Below, one piece after another: positions 10,066-18,720 of a stretch of 64,000 nt of DNA. Each line of letters begins with the position of its first letter. Within the stretch, counting starts at the first letter, position 1. The position numbers and the translations under genes are program-made. Source of the stretch: an uncultured Planctomycetota bacterium (GTDB lineage Bacteria > Planctomycetota > Phycisphaerae > Tepidisphaerales > Tepidisphaeraceae); the NCBI GenBank assembly GCA_963841915.1, contig CAWJEN010000005.1:512001-576000 (forward strand), given 5' to 3'. Below the pieces are notes generated by a model. It was given only the letters and a program-made list of their open reading frames with translations. It did no database searches and was not told the DNA's origin.

Positions 10066-11202
10066 ATGCAACGACTCCTGTCATGCACTCTGTGCGTTCT
10101 CCTGCTGACGTGGACGCAAGCAGCCCAAGCACAGCCGCGGGTGACGGTCGACGCAGAAGCCCGAGAGGTGCGCGTGCCTGCCGAGGCCCTTGTGGTCGAC
10201 ATGCCGTTGGAGTTCGTGTGTGTGGTGATCGGGACGGCCGACCATGAGTCGCTCTTGCGGACGCCTGTCGCACCGAGCCAGATCCACGCAGCGTTGCTGG
10301 GCCTTGGGCTTGAACCCGGGCGGCCGCTTCGGTACAGCGAGGCGGCAGACCGGTGGCTGGCGCCGAGCGGCCCGCCTGTGCGGATTGACGTCGAATGGCA
10401 GGACGCCGAAGGAAACACGGTGCGCGAGCGGGTCGGGCGGCTGCTCAAGAACGTCGAGACGGGCCAATCGATGCCGCCGAGGCGGTTTGTGTTCGTCGGC
10501 AGCCGGCTCTACGGCGATGGCCTCTACGCCGCCGACGCGACCGGGCAGGTGGTGTCGCTGGTCAACTTCGAGTCGCCGGTGGTCGATGTGGCCGAGCTGG
10601 CCAGCAACGCCAACGAACTGTTGGAATGGGTCGTCGATACCGACGTGGCCCCGCCGATGGGGACGTTGGTGACGATGATCCTCATGCCCGTCGGCGACGA
10701 CGGCGACGCGCCGGCGACACGACCGGCCGATGAACCGACGTTGCGGGTCGTGCTCGTCAAGGTGCTTGCCGACGGCCGGTACGAGGTCGACGGCTTGGCT
10801 GTCGATGGCGAGTCGCCGGTCCAAGCCATCCGCGCGAAGCTCGAGCCCGACGCCGACGTCCGCGTCACTGCGGCAAAGGACGTGACCGAGGGGCGTGTGG
10901 AGGAAGTGATCCGAAATCTCGCCGCCGCCGGCATCGAGGCGAGCGTCGCGGAGGTTCCGGCCGAGCCGAGTGTCGAAGACCGCATCGCCGCCCTGCGCGG
11001 CGACTGGGAGCGAGCGGTGCTGCCCCGAGCCGACGCCCTGCGCGAGGCGGCCCAGGTGCACTACGAATTGATGCAGGCGTACCAGGACGAGATTAACCGC
11101 CTCGTCGATGAAGCAGACCGCCTGCGACGCGAGATGGATATTCTGCAGGAGCGGTTCGACGACCTGACGACGCCGCGACCGATGGGCACGGGTGGTGAGT
11201 GA
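10066..11202 (+). CDS. Exported YdjY-domain protein with ExbD-like and coiled-coil C-terminal region
   Basis: Signal peptide; PLEFVCV...HESLL....PSQIHAALLGLGLEPG; FVFVGS; C-terminal heptad helix. Confidence 0.65.
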   Translation: MQRLLSCTLCVLLLTWTQAAQAQPRVTVDAEAREVRVPAEALVVDMPLEFVCVVIGTADHESLLRTPVAPSQIHAALLGLGLEPGRPLRYSEAADRWLAPSGPPVRIDVEWQDAEGNTVRERVGRLLKNVETGQSMPPRRFVFVGSRLYGDGLYAADATGQVVSLVNFESPVVDVAELASNANELLEWVVDTDVAPPMGTLVTMILMPVGDDGDAPATRPADEPTLRVVLVKVLADGRYEVDGLAVDGESPVQAIRAKLEPDADVRVTAAKDVTEGRVEEVIRNLAAAGIEASVAEVPAEPSVEDRIAALRGDWERAVLPRADALREAAQVHYELMQAYQDEINRLVDEADRLRREMDILQERFDDLTTPRPMGTGGE

Positions 11203-11238
11203 CGCGTGCCCATTCGGCCACTCCTCAGTCATCGTTCG

Positions 11239-12930
11239 TTACTCATCATCTCTACGCATCATCGGGTCGAACCGCTGGGCGATCGGCATGCGGCGGCCGA
11301 AGCCGAAGGCGCGGCTGGTGACCTTCAGACCCGGTGCCGCCTGACGTCGCTTGAACTCGCTGCGGTCGACGAGCTTGATCACCTTCTCGACGACGGCCCG
11401 CTCGTAACCGGCGGCAACGATGGTGTCGGGGCCTTCTTCGTCTTCGATGTACCGCTCCAGAATGGCGTCGAGCGTGTCGTAATCCGGCAGTGAGTCGCTG
11501 TCCTTCTGGTCCGGGGCCAGCTCGGCCGATGGCGGCTTCGTGATCGTGTTCTCCGGGATCAGTTCCTTGCCGGCGTGGTCGTTGTAGTGGCGGGCGAGTC
11601 GATAGACGTCGGTTTTGGGCACATCGCTGAGCAATGCGATGCCGCCGCACATGTCGCCGTAAAGCGTGCAGTAGCCGACGGCCATTTCGCTCTTGTTGCC
11701 GGTGGTGAGCAACAGGCCGCCCGTCTTGTTGCTGAAGGCCATGAGCGTTGCGCCGCGAATTCGGGCCTGCAGATTCTCTTCGGTCAGGCCTTGAACTTCG
11801 AAGACGTCGCCGATCGCCTCGGCGTAAGCGTCGTGCATCGGCTTGATCGGGATGACATGGAACTCCATGCCGATCGCCTCGGCCAGCGCGCGGGCGTCGT
11901 CGACGCTGTGGCCTGAGCTGTAGCGGCTGGGCATGGCGACGCCGACGAGGTTCTCGCCGCCGATGGCCTCGGCGGCGACGGCGGCAGTGACGGCCGAGTC
12001 GATGCCGCCCGACAGGCCGATGACGGCCTTCTTGAAGCCGCACTTGCCGAGGTAGTCGCGGGTGCCGAGCACGAGCGCGCGGCGCATGGCGGTGATGCCG
12101 TCGGTCGGCTGTTCGACGCGGTTGTTCATCGTGTCGAGGTCGACGATGAGCAAATCTTCTTCGAAGCCCTTGGCATGGGCGACGACGTTGCCGCGGGCGT
12201 CGAAGGCACATGAATGGCCGTCGAAGACGAGCTCGTCGTTACCACCGACCTGGTTGACGTAGAGCAACGGCACGCCGTGTCGTCGGGCTTGTTCGGCGAA
12301 GAGTTCGAGTCGAAACGCGTGCTTGCCGCTGACGAACGGGCTGGCCGACAGGTTGACGATGAGCTCTGCCCCGGCGAGTTTGAGGTCGCCCAGCGGGTCG
12401 CGGTGGTAGAGGCGACGCGGGATGAGGCGTTCGTCGTTCCAAAGGTCTTCGCAGATGGTGACGCCGGTCGGCACGCAGCCCGAGTCGCCGCCACGTCGGC
12501 AGAGCTGGATGACGTTGTTGTCGGGCGAGTCTTCGCCGGGCTCGAAGTAGCGGGACTCGTCGAAGACGTCGTACGTGGGCAAGAGGGTTTTGAAGTGCCG
12601 ACTGACGATCTTGCCGCCGCGGAGCAGGGCGGCGGCATTGTGCAGCGGTCGACCGACGGGCGCGAGATTGCGCTCGGCGTAACCGACGAGCACGTCGATG
12701 CGAAGGTAGGCCGTCTCGGCGGCGATGCGGTCGAGCTGACGGGCCTGTTCGTCGAGAAAATCGCCGCGAAGCAGCAAGTCCTTGGGCGGATAGCCGCACA
12801 GCGCCAGCTCGGGAAAGAGCACGCAGCCGCACTCGGCGTCGGCGGCCCGGCGGCTGTAGGCGATGATCTTGTCGGCGTTACCGGCGAGGTTGCCGACGGT
12901 GGCATTGATCTGGGCGAGGGCGAACCGCAT
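11239..12930 (-). CDS. nadE: Glutamine-dependent NAD+ synthetase
   Basis: Nitrilase domain (FPELALCGYPPKDLL, KTLLPTYDVFDESRYF, ICEDLW) plus GLSGGIDS, ENLQARIRG, TGNKSE, PPSAEL. Confidence 0.96.
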   Translation of the reverse strand: MRFALAQINATVGNLAGNADKIIAYSRRAADAECGCVLFPELALCGYPPKDLLLRGDFLDEQARQLDRIAAETAYLRIDVLVGYAERNLAPVGRPLHNAAALLRGGKIVSRHFKTLLPTYDVFDESRYFEPGEDSPDNNVIQLCRRGGDSGCVPTGVTICEDLWNDERLIPRRLYHRDPLGDLKLAGAELIVNLSASPFVSGKHAFRLELFAEQARRHGVPLLYVNQVGGNDELVFDGHSCAFDARGNVVAHAKGFEEDLLIVDLDTMNNRVEQPTDGITAMRRALVLGTRDYLGKCGFKKAVIGLSGGIDSAVTAAVAAEAIGGENLVGVAMPSRYSSGHSVDDARALAEAIGMEFHVIPIKPMHDAYAEAIGDVFEVQGLTEENLQARIRGATLMAFSNKTGGLLLTTGNKSEMAVGYCTLYGDMCGGIALLSDVPKTDVYRLARHYNDHAGKELIPENTITKPPSAELAPDQKDSDSLPDYDTLDAILERYIEDEEGPDTIVAAGYERAVVEKVIKLVDRSEFKRRQAAPGLKVTSRAFGFGRRMPIAQRFDPMMRRDDE

Positions 12931-12942
12931 GAGGCAGCGTAT

Positions 12943-13849
12943 TCAGGCGACGACGCACTTCGTTTCGGGAAGGCTTGCGTCGGCGTGGGCCTCGTCGGGC
13001 GTGTCGTAGAGCGAGAACAACGTGCCGCCGCTGCCGGTCATGCGGACGGGCCGGCCGAGGCGTTGCTCGCAGTCGTCGCGGAGTTCGGCGAGCTTCGGAT
13101 GCAAGGCAAAGGCGGCCGGTTCGAGGTCGTTGCGAAGGAGCGGCAACAGGTCGACGGCGGCCAAGGTGGACCAGGCGGCGAAGTCGGGCGTGCCGTCGTC
13201 CGCCGGCGGTGGCAGAGCGTCGAACTGCTTGAAGACGGCAGGCGTCGGAACGTGGATACCGGTGAGAATGACGAGCACCGCGTGCCGACGAACAGCGGCG
13301 AAGGGCTCGACCGCCTCGCCGCGACCGGTCACCGTCGCATCATTGACGTGGGTCAAATGATGCTCGAGGAAGAACATCACGTCGCTTCCGACGCCTTCGG
13401 CGGCATCGCGGAGGCGGTCCTCGATCCGGCGCACTGAGCCCGTACGTCGTCTCACGGTGTCGTCGCGCGGCCACCAGCGTCGCGGCGGCGTTGCTGCTGC
13501 CGCCACCGAGGCCGCCACCGCTCGGGATCGACTTGCCAATCTCGACTTCTGCCGAACAAGCGCGAGTCACCGGCGGCAGAAGACGCGACGTCCCACGCCC
13601 GTGCAGCGAGGTTTTTGCCGCTTTCCTCGCCCTGCGGAATGGAGGCGTCGTCGCAGGTGACCCAGAGATCGTGGTTCGGATGCCGAGTGCGCGGCACGCT
13701 GCGGAAGGTCAGCGTGTCGCTTACAGCTCGATCGTCCTGAACCACGACCGCAACGGGTGAAAGCCGCCATCCGTCGGCGGGAAGACCCGCAGATGCAGGT
13801 TGATCTTCGCCGGTGTCGCGATCGTGAAGCTGGCTCCGCTGTCGCTCAC
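12943..13849 (-). pseudogene. ispE: 4-diphosphocytidyl-2-C-methyl-D-erythritol kinase, split by three frameshifts (pseudogene or sequencing error)
   Basis: GTG 13849 gives PAKINLHLRV...FHPLRSWF with a stop at 13721-13723. Next frame SDTL...KNLAARA, then KSIPSGGGLGGGSSNAAATL, then GSDVMFF...NDLEPAA...MTGSGGTLF. Confidence 0.85.
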
Positions 13850-15288
13850 GACTTGAACTTCACCGGGCGGCCCATGCTCTCGTAGCTGGCGAGCTTGCGC
13901 TGCAGCGTTCGCACGCTGATCTGCAACGCGTCGGCGGCGTGGGTGCGGTTGCCGTCGAAACGGCTTAGTGCATTCTCAATCGCAAGGCGTTCGAGTTCTT
14001 CCATCGTCAGGCCGCTCGGGATCGCGTCGGCAGAACCGTTGGCGCCGTGCGTCGTGTCGTTGATGAGTTCGTCGGGAAGGTCGCTTTCCTGCAACTGCTG
14101 TCCGTCGGCGAGCACCATCATCCGCTCCAGCACATTGCGAAGCTCACGCACGTTGCCCGGCCACGCGTATTGGGCGAAGGATCGCATGACCTCGGGCGTC
14201 ACGCGGTCGACGTTGAGGTCGCGGCTCTTGGCGATGTCGCGGATGAACTGGCTGACGAGCAGCGGAATGTCGTCGGGCCGATCCCGAAGGGGCGGCAGCG
14301 TGATGCTGACGACGTTGAGCCGATAGAAAAGGTCTTCGCGGAAGTCGCCCTCGCTGACCATCTTGCGCAGGTTGCGGCTGGTGGCGGCGACGACGCGAAC
14401 ATCGACCTTCTTGTCCTCGTGGCCACCGACGGGCGTGAGGGTGAGCGTCTCGAGCACGCGGAGCAGCTTCGCCTGCAACCCCAGCTCGAAGTCGCCGATT
14501 TCATCGATGAACAACGTTCCCGCGTTGGCCTGCTCGAAACGGCCCATGCGTTTGTCGGTCGCACCGGTGAACGCGCCACGCACGTGGCCGAACAGTTCGC
14601 TTTCGACCAGCGTGCTCGGCACAGCGGCGACGTTGACGGCGACGAACGGCCCCTTCTTGCGGGGCGAGTTGTGGTGCAACGCCTGGGCGACGAGTTCCTT
14701 GCCCGTGCCGCTCTCGCCGAGGACCAGCGCGGTCGAGTCGACCGGTGCTGCCCGACGGACCATCTCGAAGACACGCCGCATCTGCGGGCTTTCGCCGATG
14801 ATCTTCTCGACGCCGAACTTGTGGTCCAGACGCTCGCGGAGTTGGCTCAGCTCGGTGTCCTTGCGTCGTGCCTCGATGGCACGCAGCAAATGAATCTCCA
14901 GATCGTCGGGGTCGATCGGCTTGGTGATGTAGTCGTACGCGCCAGCTTTGATGGCGCTGACGGCAGTGCTGACCGAGCTTTGACCGGTGATCAGAATGAA
15001 CTGCGTGTCAGCCTGTCGGCTCTTCCAGAGCTTGAGCAGGTCGAGGCCGCTGACGTCGCCCATGTGCAGATCGCTCAGGACGATGTCGATCTCTTCATCG
15101 ACATAACCAAGCGCTTTATCAGGGCTCTCGGCCGTAAACACCTCGTGGCCGATAGCGCGGAGCAGCTTCTGCAGGGCGTTGCGTTCGGCGGCGTTGTCTT
15201 CGACAATCAGGATGCGGCCTTGCGGCGATCCGCCGTCTGACTTGGAGCGCGATGAACCGCTTTGAGAGTGGGCAGGAGGTGCGGTCAC
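13846..15288 (-). CDS. NtrC-family sigma-54-dependent response regulator
   Basis: Receiver ILIVEDN..LSDLHM; AAA+ GESGTGKE, ESELFGHVRGAFTGA, WPGNVREL; Fis HTH. GTG 15288 start is inferred. Confidence 0.93.
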   Translation of the reverse strand: MTAPPAHSQSGSSRSKSDGGSPQGRILIVEDNAAERNALQKLLRAIGHEVFTAESPDKALGYVDEEIDIVLSDLHMGDVSGLDLLKLWKSRQADTQFILITGQSSVSTAVSAIKAGAYDYITKPIDPDDLEIHLLRAIEARRKDTELSQLRERLDHKFGVEKIIGESPQMRRVFEMVRRAAPVDSTALVLGESGTGKELVAQALHHNSPRKKGPFVAVNVAAVPSTLVESELFGHVRGAFTGATDKRMGRFEQANAGTLFIDEIGDFELGLQAKLLRVLETLTLTPVGGHEDKKVDVRVVAATSRNLRKMVSEGDFREDLFYRLNVVSITLPPLRDRPDDIPLLVSQFIRDIAKSRDLNVDRVTPEVMRSFAQYAWPGNVRELRNVLERMMVLADGQQLQESDLPDELINDTTHGANGSADAIPSGLTMEELERLAIENALSRFDGNRTHAADALQISVRTLQRKLASYESMGRPVKFKS

Positions 15289-15501
15289 GTGTCTGATGAG
15301 GAAGCTGTATCGCGGCGGGGCGTGAGAATGGATACGACAGGCCGTCGCGGTCCAGAGGTTTCGTCGCAGCTTACCGGCAGTCTGCCGTAGCTGACGACTC
15401 ATTAAATTTGACATTCGTATCGGCGTCGTACTGTGCAGGCTCCGGGCACGTGGCGGCCCGGCCTCAGGCCGATCGAAGGCCGTTGACGCGTGAGAAGCAC
15501 C

Positions 15502-17115
15502 ATGCTCCGCCGGCTCCGCCGAGTCCGACTGTCGCTGGCGACGAAGTGCCAACTGCTGTTCGGTACTGCGGCGGGCATCATCATCGTCGCCGCCCTCACC
15601 GTCACGTGGCAGCGGATCGAGCAGCTCACCGAGCGACAGGATCACGTCGCCACCGACGTGCTGGCCCGGCAGGCGCTGGCAGAACATGCCGAAAGCGGCT
15701 CGCTCGACCACACCGGCTCAGGCTTTATCGAGAGCGAAGGGGCTTTGGTCAGGCGGCCCCGCATCGTCGCCGTTGACAATCCCGACCGGCTCACGCCTTT
15801 CGAGCAGACGGCCCTGCGGAACTTCGAGCAACGGCCTGATTGGCTGCGGTACCGGGAAGAGGCGGGCCTGCCCCCGGTCGAGGCGGGTGCGCCTGCCAAG
15901 CGTGGTCTGCGGACGGCGTGGGCGGCGCGGGCGACGGCAGACTGTCTGTCATGTCATGGGCCGCAAGGTGGCACATCACCCGTGGTGTTGCCTCCTGCCG
16001 ACGGCGAACGACCGCCGCTCATCGGGTTGGCGAGCGTGGAAGTCGTCAGCCAAATCAGCCAGCGGGAGCGACTGCTTAACCGCGGCTTCCTTATCACTGC
16101 CGCCTTGGCCGCGGCGGCGACGGCGACGCTGACGCTCTACTTCATCCTGACGCGCCTCATTCTCTCACCCGTTCGCGTCCTGCAGGACGTGGCCGAGCGA
16201 GTTCGCGGTGGCGACCTCAACGTTCGCGCCGACCTGGCCACGGGTGACGAATTCGAGACGTTGGCCCGCACGGTCAACGAGATGGTCGGTGGGCTGCAGA
16301 CGCGAAACGAGCAGCTTGCCCGCGCTAACCGCAGCCTCGACACGCGACTGGGCGACCTGGCCGCGGCCAATGTGGCGCTCGACGAGAGCAACCGGCTCAA
16401 GGGTGAGTTCCTGGCGAACGTGAGCCACGAGCTGCGAACGCCGCTGAACAGCATTCTGGGTTTCGCCGACCTGGTGAAAACGGGGGCCAAGGAGCAGCCC
16501 AAGGTCCAGCGTTACGCGAGCAACATTTCAGCCAGTGGCCAGTCGCTGCTCGAGCTGATCAACGACCTGCTCGACCTGGCCAAGATCGAGGCGGGCCGGA
16601 TGGAGGTGCGTCGGGCACGGCTGAGCCTGAGCGACATGTTCGAGGCGCTGACGGTGCTGCTCGGCCCGATTACGGCGAAGCGGAAGGTCAAGCTCGTACG
16701 GGAAGTCGGTCCACGCGTGCCGATTCTTGAAACCGACGGCGGTAAGCTGCAACAGGTGCTGTACAACCTGCTCAGCAACGCGATCAAGTTCAGCCCGCAA
16801 GGCGGCCGCGTTGATCTTGTCTCACGTCTGGAAATCGGAGACGACGGCGAGCCGGGCCGTCACGTGCGGATCACTGTCACCGATCAGGGGCCGGGCATTG
16901 ATCCGTCGAACCACGAGCACATCTTCGAGAAGTTCAGCCAGATCGACGGCAGCGAAACCCGCTCGTACGGCGGAACGGGCCTTGGCCTTGCGATCAGCCG
17001 AGAGCTGTCAACACTGCTGAGCGGCGAGCTGACGGTCGAGTCTCGGCTGGGTGAGGGGGCGACGTTTATCTTGCGCTTGCCTGTGACGCCGCCTGTGGTG
17101 GCGAAAGGAGGGTGA
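15502..17115 (+). CDS. Membrane sensor histidine kinase (periplasmic CxxCH domain, HAMP, HisKA, HATPase)
   Basis: Two TMs flanking CLSCH (15943-15957); FLANVSHELRTPLN; NLLSNAIKFS; DQGPGI; GGTGLGLAI. Confidence 0.93.
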   Translation: MLRRLRRVRLSLATKCQLLFGTAAGIIIVAALTVTWQRIEQLTERQDHVATDVLARQALAEHAESGSLDHTGSGFIESEGALVRRPRIVAVDNPDRLTPFEQTALRNFEQRPDWLRYREEAGLPPVEAGAPAKRGLRTAWAARATADCLSCHGPQGGTSPVVLPPADGERPPLIGLASVEVVSQISQRERLLNRGFLITAALAAAATATLTLYFILTRLILSPVRVLQDVAERVRGGDLNVRADLATGDEFETLARTVNEMVGGLQTRNEQLARANRSLDTRLGDLAAANVALDESNRLKGEFLANVSHELRTPLNSILGFADLVKTGAKEQPKVQRYASNISASGQSLLELINDLLDLAKIEAGRMEVRRARLSLSDMFEALTVLLGPITAKRKVKLVREVGPRVPILETDGGKLQQVLYNLLSNAIKFSPQGGRVDLVSRLEIGDDGEPGRHVRITVTDQGPGIDPSNHEHIFEKFSQIDGSETRSYGGTGLGLAISRELSTLLSGELTVESRLGEGATFILRLPVTPPVVAKGG

Positions 17116-17521
17116 CGGCCGGGAAGTAAGTGCGGTAGCGACTGACATCCCTCGTCACCAGCGTCAGTCCTGCAACTTGCGCATGAGCACCGATGTAGAA
17201 GTCGGGCAGCGGTGACGTCCTGGTGCCGCCGCGTTGGCGGTACAGCAAAAACGCCGCGGCCGCGGGCTCCGCCGCCTCCCAAGGCAGGTTCACCCGGTGA
17301 ATCTCATCGATCGGCATCCAAGCGTCCAGCCCATCCGCGTTGCTTAACGAGGCGAGGATTTCCGCGTAGATGATCTGGTTGATGAACGCCACTCCATTCG
17401 TCACAGCACGGGCAAGTTGCTCAGACGACCAGGGTTCCCAATCTCGATCCTCCTGAAGGATGTCGATCAGAACGTTGCTGTCGAACAGGAATCTGGCACC
17501 TTGCGGATGGTCTACAGCCAA
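17066..17521 (-). CDS. vapC: VapC-family PIN-domain toxin
   Basis: FDSNVLID, IIYAEI, YRQRGG.RTSPLPDFYIGAHA, LVTRD..RYRTYFP. Confidence 0.88.
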   Translation of the reverse strand: MAVDHPQGARFLFDSNVLIDILQEDRDWEPWSSEQLARAVTNGVAFINQIIYAEILASLSNADGLDAWMPIDEIHRVNLPWEAAEPAAAAFLLYRQRGGTRTSPLPDFYIGAHAQVAGLTLVTRDVSRYRTYFPAVTLLSPPQAASQASAR

Positions 17522-17523
17522 AG

Positions 17524-17835
17524 TTAGACCTCGCTACGGGTCATGGTCATGATCTCGTCGGCAGAATACAGCTTCTTGCCGCGGCCGCGCATCCTAGCGA
17601 CGAGTCGCTCGCCCTTCGTCAGGCCGTCCTCGCCTAGAGAACGTCGCGGTTCGGCCAATCCTCCGCTCCCGACCGCGTCGAGCCTCTCGACGATGAAGTC
17701 GGCGATCTCGCCATAACCCGCGGCGTGGGTCAGCCGGCGCAAAACCGCCGCAGCGTCTCCCTCCAGTATGACCTTAGCTGTCGCCTCATCTTGATGCACA
17801 GCAACCACAATACTTGGATCAGCCTCCCGTGCCAA
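17524..17835 (-). CDS. Putative antitoxin of the VapC toxin
   Basis: Small ORF 2 bp upstream of vapC. Its C-terminus RLVARMRGRG...SADEIMTMTR resembles partners of this VapC type. Start uncertain. Confidence 0.62.
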   Translation of the reverse strand: MAREADPSIVVAVHQDEATAKVILEGDAAAVLRRLTHAAGYGEIADFIVERLDAVGSGGLAEPRRSLGEDGLTKGERLVARMRGRGKKLYSADEIMTMTRSEV

Positions 17836-17884
17836 TCAGATTCGTCCCTGGCGCGCCGGTCGATCTCCTGCCGCATCGGCGGCC

Positions 17885-18667
17885 TTGATCGTGTACCCTC
17901 CGCGCCCGGTGACCTTGCCGGATACACGAAACCAAGCCATTGTCGTCATACCCGCTCGGCTGCAGAGCGAGCGATTTCCGCGGAAAGTGCTTGCAAGCGA
18001 GACGGGGCGGCCTTTGGTGCAGCACGTGGTCGATCGGTGTCTCGGCATCGACGGCATCGGTCGCGTCATCGTCGCCGCCGACGCGGCAGAGGTCGTCGAA
18101 GCGTTGCAGCCGTTCAAGACTGAGGTCGTGCTGACGTCGCCGAGCTGCCGAACCGGCACCGAACGTGTCGCCGAGGTCGCCCGCACGATGGGATTGGCCG
18201 CTGACGACGTCGTCATCAATGTGCAGGGCGACGAGCCGGAAATCGAGGCGTCGGTCGTGACAAACCTGGCCCTGCGGATGAATAGTGACGACCGACCGCC
18301 GATGGCGACGGTGCACGTGCCGTTTCCGGCGAGCGAGCCGCACAACCCGAACCTCGTCAAAGTGGTCGTGTCGGCCGACGGTCGCTCGTGTTTGTGGTTC
18401 AGCCGCAGCCCGATCCCGTATGCCCGGTCGGCGACCCCCGCTTACCGCCTGCACGTGGGCATCTACGCCTACCGCGTGGCAACGCTGCTGGATCTGGCGA
18501 CGACGCCGCCCACGCCTGCCGAGCGGTGTGAGTCACTGGAGCAACTACGTGCTTTGGAGACGGGTTTGGCCATCGCCGCCGTCGCCGCTGACGAACATCC
18601 GGGTGGTATCGACACGTCCGAGCAATATCGGGCCTTTGTCGAGCGATTTCGCGCCACCACAACCTGA
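17885..18667 (+). CDS. kdsB: 3-deoxy-manno-octulosonate cytidylyltransferase
   Basis: VIPARLQSERFPRKVL, TGTERVAE, INVQGDEP, HVGIYAYR, ESLEQLRALE. Confidence 0.95.
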   Translation: MIVYPPRPVTLPDTRNQAIVVIPARLQSERFPRKVLASETGRPLVQHVVDRCLGIDGIGRVIVAADAAEVVEALQPFKTEVVLTSPSCRTGTERVAEVARTMGLAADDVVINVQGDEPEIEASVVTNLALRMNSDDRPPMATVHVPFPASEPHNPNLVKVVVSADGRSCLWFSRSPIPYARSATPAYRLHVGIYAYRVATLLDLATTPPTPAERCESLEQLRALETGLAIAAVAADEHPGGIDTSEQYRAFVERFRATTT

Positions 18668-18720
18668 CCGCTGCCACTAGTCTGCACCGCCGTCCGCCGC
18701 CGCTCCCGCACCCGCCCGCC

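Noticed and set aside
15408..15434. sigma-70 promoter TTGACA...TACTGT for the kinase
   Set aside because: The spacer is only 15 bp; not supportable without TSS data.
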